Source of the DNA: Kiritimatiellia bacterium
GTDB taxonomy: Bacteria > Verrucomicrobiota > Kiritimatiellia > RFP12 > JBMNHG01
Direction of reading: 5' to 3'
NCBI GenBank assembly: GCA_050950285.1
Contig: JBMNHG010000008.1
Coordinates: forward strand, 434,001 to 498,000
DNA: 64,000 nt
Part shown: in pieces, positions 59,110 to 64,000 of the stretch
Layout: every line of letters begins with the position of its first letter
Position numbering within the stretch: the first letter of the stretch is position 1
The notes under the pieces: generated by a model
What the model saw: only the letters and a program-made list of their open reading frames with translations
What the model was told of the DNA's origin: nothing
The model's database searches: none
Program-made: the position numbers and the translations under genes

Positions 59110-59706
59110 ATGGCAAAGGAATGGTTCGTGCTCCACACGCTGACGGGGAAGGAGATGAAGGCGCAACGCCACATCGAAGCCCAGAAGCGGGAGCTCGAGG
59201 GCGACTTCGTCGGCGACGTGCTCATCCCCACGGAGAAGAAGGAACGATTCACCGTGTCGAAGGATGGCAAGCGCAAGAAGTCGACCGTCAACCGGAAGGT
59301 TTTCCCCGGATACGTGCTGATCCACGTGGATCTCTACGAGGACGGAGACCGGAAGAAGCCGCGCGAGACGGTGTGGCACTTCCTGCAGAACATCCCGGGC
59401 GTCATCGGCTTCATCGGCGGCGATCGTCCCGTTCCGCTGGAGGCCTCGGAGATTGAAGAGATTCGCAGCCAGGTGGAAGACCGCAAGGACAAGGTGATCC
59501 CCGTGATCGACTTCCAGCCTGGCGAAACCGTTCGCATTACCGGCGGCCCGTTCATGAACTTCAGCGGGGCCGTCGAAGAAGTGGATCCCGGCAAGGGCAA
59601 GCTGAAGGTCTCCGTGGCGATTTTCGGACGGAGCACCCTTGTCGAACTCGACTACACGCAGGTCCAGCGCCAGGACCCGCAGCAGGCGGCGTTGCCGCAG
59701 GCGTAG
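59110..59706 (+). CDS. nusG: Transcription termination/antitermination factor NusG
   Basis: WFVLHT..GKE, FPGYV, PGVIGF, KOW GPF, IFGRST. Confidence 0.96.
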   Translation: MAKEWFVLHTLTGKEMKAQRHIEAQKRELEGDFVGDVLIPTEKKERFTVSKDGKRKKSTVNRKVFPGYVLIHVDLYEDGDRKKPRETVWHFLQNIPGVIGFIGGDRPVPLEASEIEEIRSQVEDRKDKVIPVIDFQPGETVRITGGPFMNFSGAVEEVDPGKGKLKVSVAIFGRSTLVELDYTQVQRQDPQQAALPQA

Positions 59707-59784
59707 CCGGGTTCTGTCAACAGTCGGCCCGTCTGCACCGGCAGGGAACCGGGAGGGTCGCGAACGACGAAAAGGTAGGACAAG

Positions 59785-60210
59785 ATGGCCAAGAAAGTCA
59801 CTGGCATCGTAAAGCTCCAGATTCCGGCGGGCGCCGCGAATCCGGCGCCTCCCGTGGGGCCCGCATTGGGCGCCCAGGGCGTGAACATCATGCAGTTCTG
59901 CAAGGATTTCAACGCCAAGACGCAGGACAAGGCGGGTCTGATCATCCCCGTGGTGATCACGGTGTATGCCGACCGCAGCTTCACCTTCATCCTCAAGAGC
60001 CCGCCCGCCTCGGCGCTGCTGAAGAAGCACGTCGGCCTCGCGAAGGGCTCCGGCGTGCCGAACCGCGACAAGGTCGGCAAGGTCACGCGCGACCAGATCC
60101 GCGAGATCGTCAAGATCAAGCAGGCGGATATCAACGCCTCCACGGAGGAGGCCGGCATGCGCATCATCGAAGGCACCGCCCGCAGCATGGGCATCGACGT
60201 CGTGGATTGA
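59785..60210 (+). CDS. rplK: 50S ribosomal protein L11
   Basis: [28 protein letters not shown]. Confidence 0.98.
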   Translation: MAKKVTGIVKLQIPAGAANPAPPVGPALGAQGVNIMQFCKDFNAKTQDKAGLIIPVVITVYADRSFTFILKSPPASALLKKHVGLAKGSGVPNRDKVGKVTRDQIREIVKIKQADINASTEEAGMRIIEGTARSMGIDVVD

Positions 60211-60221
60211 GGAGCGAAACC

Positions 60222-60905
60222 ATGGCCAAGCACGGCAAACGGTACACGGATATGTTGAAGAAGACCCCCTCCGACCCTGTCACGCTGGAGGAGGCGATGG
60301 CCTTCGTGAAGGCCAACCCGGCGGCGAAGTTCGACGAGACGATCGAAGTCGCGATGCGCCTGGGGGTGGACCCCCGCAAGTCGGACCAGTCGGTCCGCGG
60401 CACGGTGACCCTCCCGCACGGCACCGGCAAGGACGTGCGCGTGGCGGTCTTCGCCCAAGGCACGCAGGCCGACGACGCCCGCGAGGCGGGAGCCGATTTC
60501 GTCGGTTTCGAAGACCTGATCGAGAAGGTCAAGAATGGCTGGACGGACTTCGACGTGGCCATCGCCACGGCGGACGCCATGAAGGAAGTGCGCAAAGTGG
60601 CGCGCGTCCTGGGCCCCCGCGGCCTGATGCCGAACCCCAAGACCGGCACGGTGACCGAAGACCTCGCCCATGCCGTGCAGGCGGCCAAGGCCGGCAAGGT
60701 CGAGTTCCGCATGGACCGCACCGGCAACCTCGCGGCAATCTGCGGGAAACGCAGCTTCGACGCGGACAAGCTCGTGGAGAATGCCAACGCGCTGATCGAC
60801 GCCGTCAAGGCCGAGCGTCCCGCCGCGGCGAAGGGCGCCTTCATCCGCACCTGCACGGTAAGCTCGACGATGGGTGTCGGCATCCGCGTGATCATCAAGG
60901 ACTAG
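60222..60905 (+). CDS. rplA: 50S ribosomal protein L1
   Basis: KFDETIE, LPHGTGK, LGPRGLMPNPKTGTV, STMG. Confidence 0.98.
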   Translation: MAKHGKRYTDMLKKTPSDPVTLEEAMAFVKANPAAKFDETIEVAMRLGVDPRKSDQSVRGTVTLPHGTGKDVRVAVFAQGTQADDAREAGADFVGFEDLIEKVKNGWTDFDVAIATADAMKEVRKVARVLGPRGLMPNPKTGTVTEDLAHAVQAAKAGKVEFRMDRTGNLAAICGKRSFDADKLVENANALIDAVKAERPAAAKGAFIRTCTVSSTMGVGIRVIIKD

Positions 60906-60921
60906 TCGAGGGCAGAACCCC

Positions 60922-61458
60922 ATGAGAAGCGAAAAGATTTCCATCCTGAACGAGGCTCTCGAACGCGTCAAAGCGTCCGACTACTGCTTCATCCTGAACT
61001 ACGGCGGCCTGAAGGTCTCCCAGTTCTCCGACCTCCGCGCCCAGCTGCGCCAGGCCGACAGCCGCGCGCTGGTGGTGAAGAACACCTACCTGGCGAGGAT
61101 CGCGAACGAGCTCGGCTGGCCCGACATCTCCGAGATGCTCGCCGGCCCGACGGCCGTGATCCTTGGCAAGGGCGACGTGACCGAGGTCGCGAAGATCCTG
61201 TCCGAGTTCGTGCAGAAGAACAACGTCGCCAGCCTGAAGGGCGGCACCTCCGAAGAGGCCGTGCTCACGGCCGCGGACGTGGACGCCCTCGCCAAGCTCC
61301 CCGGCAAGGACGCCATGCGCGCCATGCTCCTCGCCATGCTCCAGGCCCCGGCCACGAGCCTCGTGCGCGTGCTCAACGCCTCCGTCTGCAGCTTCCTGTA
61401 CGCCCTCAAGGCCTACGAAGAGAAGCTGGGCGGCGGAAAAGAAGACTCTGCGGCATAA
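60922..61458 (+). CDS. rplJ: 50S ribosomal protein L10
   Basis: GLKVSQFSDLR, VVKNT, GPTA, LAKLP; synteny. Confidence 0.95.
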   Translation: MRSEKISILNEALERVKASDYCFILNYGGLKVSQFSDLRAQLRQADSRALVVKNTYLARIANELGWPDISEMLAGPTAVILGKGDVTEVAKILSEFVQKNNVASLKGGTSEEAVLTAADVDALAKLPGKDAMRAMLLAMLQAPATSLVRVLNASVCSFLYALKAYEEKLGGGKEDSAA

Positions 61459-61572
61459 GTTGTGTCGTAAAATCTCCCGGAGGTGGTTCGGCGGGCGCCG
61501 GGCCGGTTCCGGGAGGCCCCCCGTCCGCGCACAAGCCACGGACGGTTGCACGGAAAGGTAAAAAAAAACACC

Positions 61573-61941
61573 ATGACAACCGATGAAGTGATCGACTATC
61601 TCAGCGGTCTATCCGTTCTCGAGATCTCCAACCTGGTGAAGGCCCTCGAAGAGAAGTGGGGCGTTTCCGCCGCCGCTCCCGTGGCCGCCGCAGCCCCCGT
61701 GGCCGCCGCCGCGGCCCCCGTCGAAGAGAAGACGGAGTTCGATGTGATCCTCGCCGAAATCGGCTCGAACAAGATCGGCGTCATCAAGGAGGTCCGCGCG
61801 ATCACCGCCCTGGGCCTCAAGGATGCCAAGGATCTGGTCGAAGCCGCCCCGAAGCCCGTCAAGGAGGGCGTCAGCAAGGACGAGGCCGCCAAGCTCAAGG
61901 AACAGCTGGAGAAGGCCGGCGCCAAGGTCGAGATCAAGTAG
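61573..61941 (+). CDS. rplL: 50S ribosomal protein L7/L12
   Basis: [35 protein letters not shown]. Confidence 0.97.
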   Translation: MTTDEVIDYLSGLSVLEISNLVKALEEKWGVSAAAPVAAAAPVAAAAAPVEEKTEFDVILAEIGSNKIGVIKEVRAITALGLKDAKDLVEAAPKPVKEGVSKDEAAKLKEQLEKAGAKVEIK

Positions 61942-61957
61942 CCTCCTCCACCGCGGA

Positions 61958-61991
61958 GCGGATTCCGGGGCCGGTTTCCCCCGGAATCCGC
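61958..61991 (+). terminator. Hairpin (attenuator-like) between rplL and rpoB
   Basis: GCGGATTCCGGGG/CCCCGGAATCCGC stem with a pyrimidine-rich tail. Confidence 0.55.
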
Positions 61992-62070
61992 CCTTCTTCC
62001 CCTTCTACGCGCCCCTACGGGGATCCAGCGGGCGCGCGTTGTTTTTTCAGGCGTCCAGCAGAGGGCCTTC

Positions 62071-64000
<1,930 letters not shown>

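Overview
High-GC chromosomal window (about 70% by eye). It probably comes from a PVC-group bacterium such as Kiritimatiellota; this is inferred from protein style and gene order, not proven. Housekeeping content: Wzt C-terminus, nadC, CPBP protease, argS, pfk, smc, a TPR protein, dapL, gdh, dnaE, and the cluster tRNA-Thr-tuf-rpmG-tRNA-Trp-secE-nusG-rplKAJL-rpoB (rpoB partial). Accessory content: a 1816-bp IS1380-family element with IRs and an AGGAT target duplication; a 15-kb operon in which a small exported coiled-coil protein precedes each of two giant secreted proteins; several other large secreted proteins; and a lower-GC cassette next to tRNA-Arg(CCG) encoding a C5 methyltransferase, a wHTH-HNH nuclease and an AlkA-like glycosylase. 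Best candidates for undescribed biology: (1) the MTase-HNH-AlkA cassette; (2) a short C-terminal P-x-x-G-T-x-L-F-L-R signal shared by two unrelated secreted proteins; (3) the coiled-coil/giant-protein pairs with a shared C-terminal domain; (4) a recurrent leaderless-promoter signature; (5) intergenic 7/9-mer arrays and a CGGCGCGCCG REP-like element. Several small indels (smc, giant gene, IS, tRNA) look like assembly errors. All family calls come from motif recognition; no searches were run.
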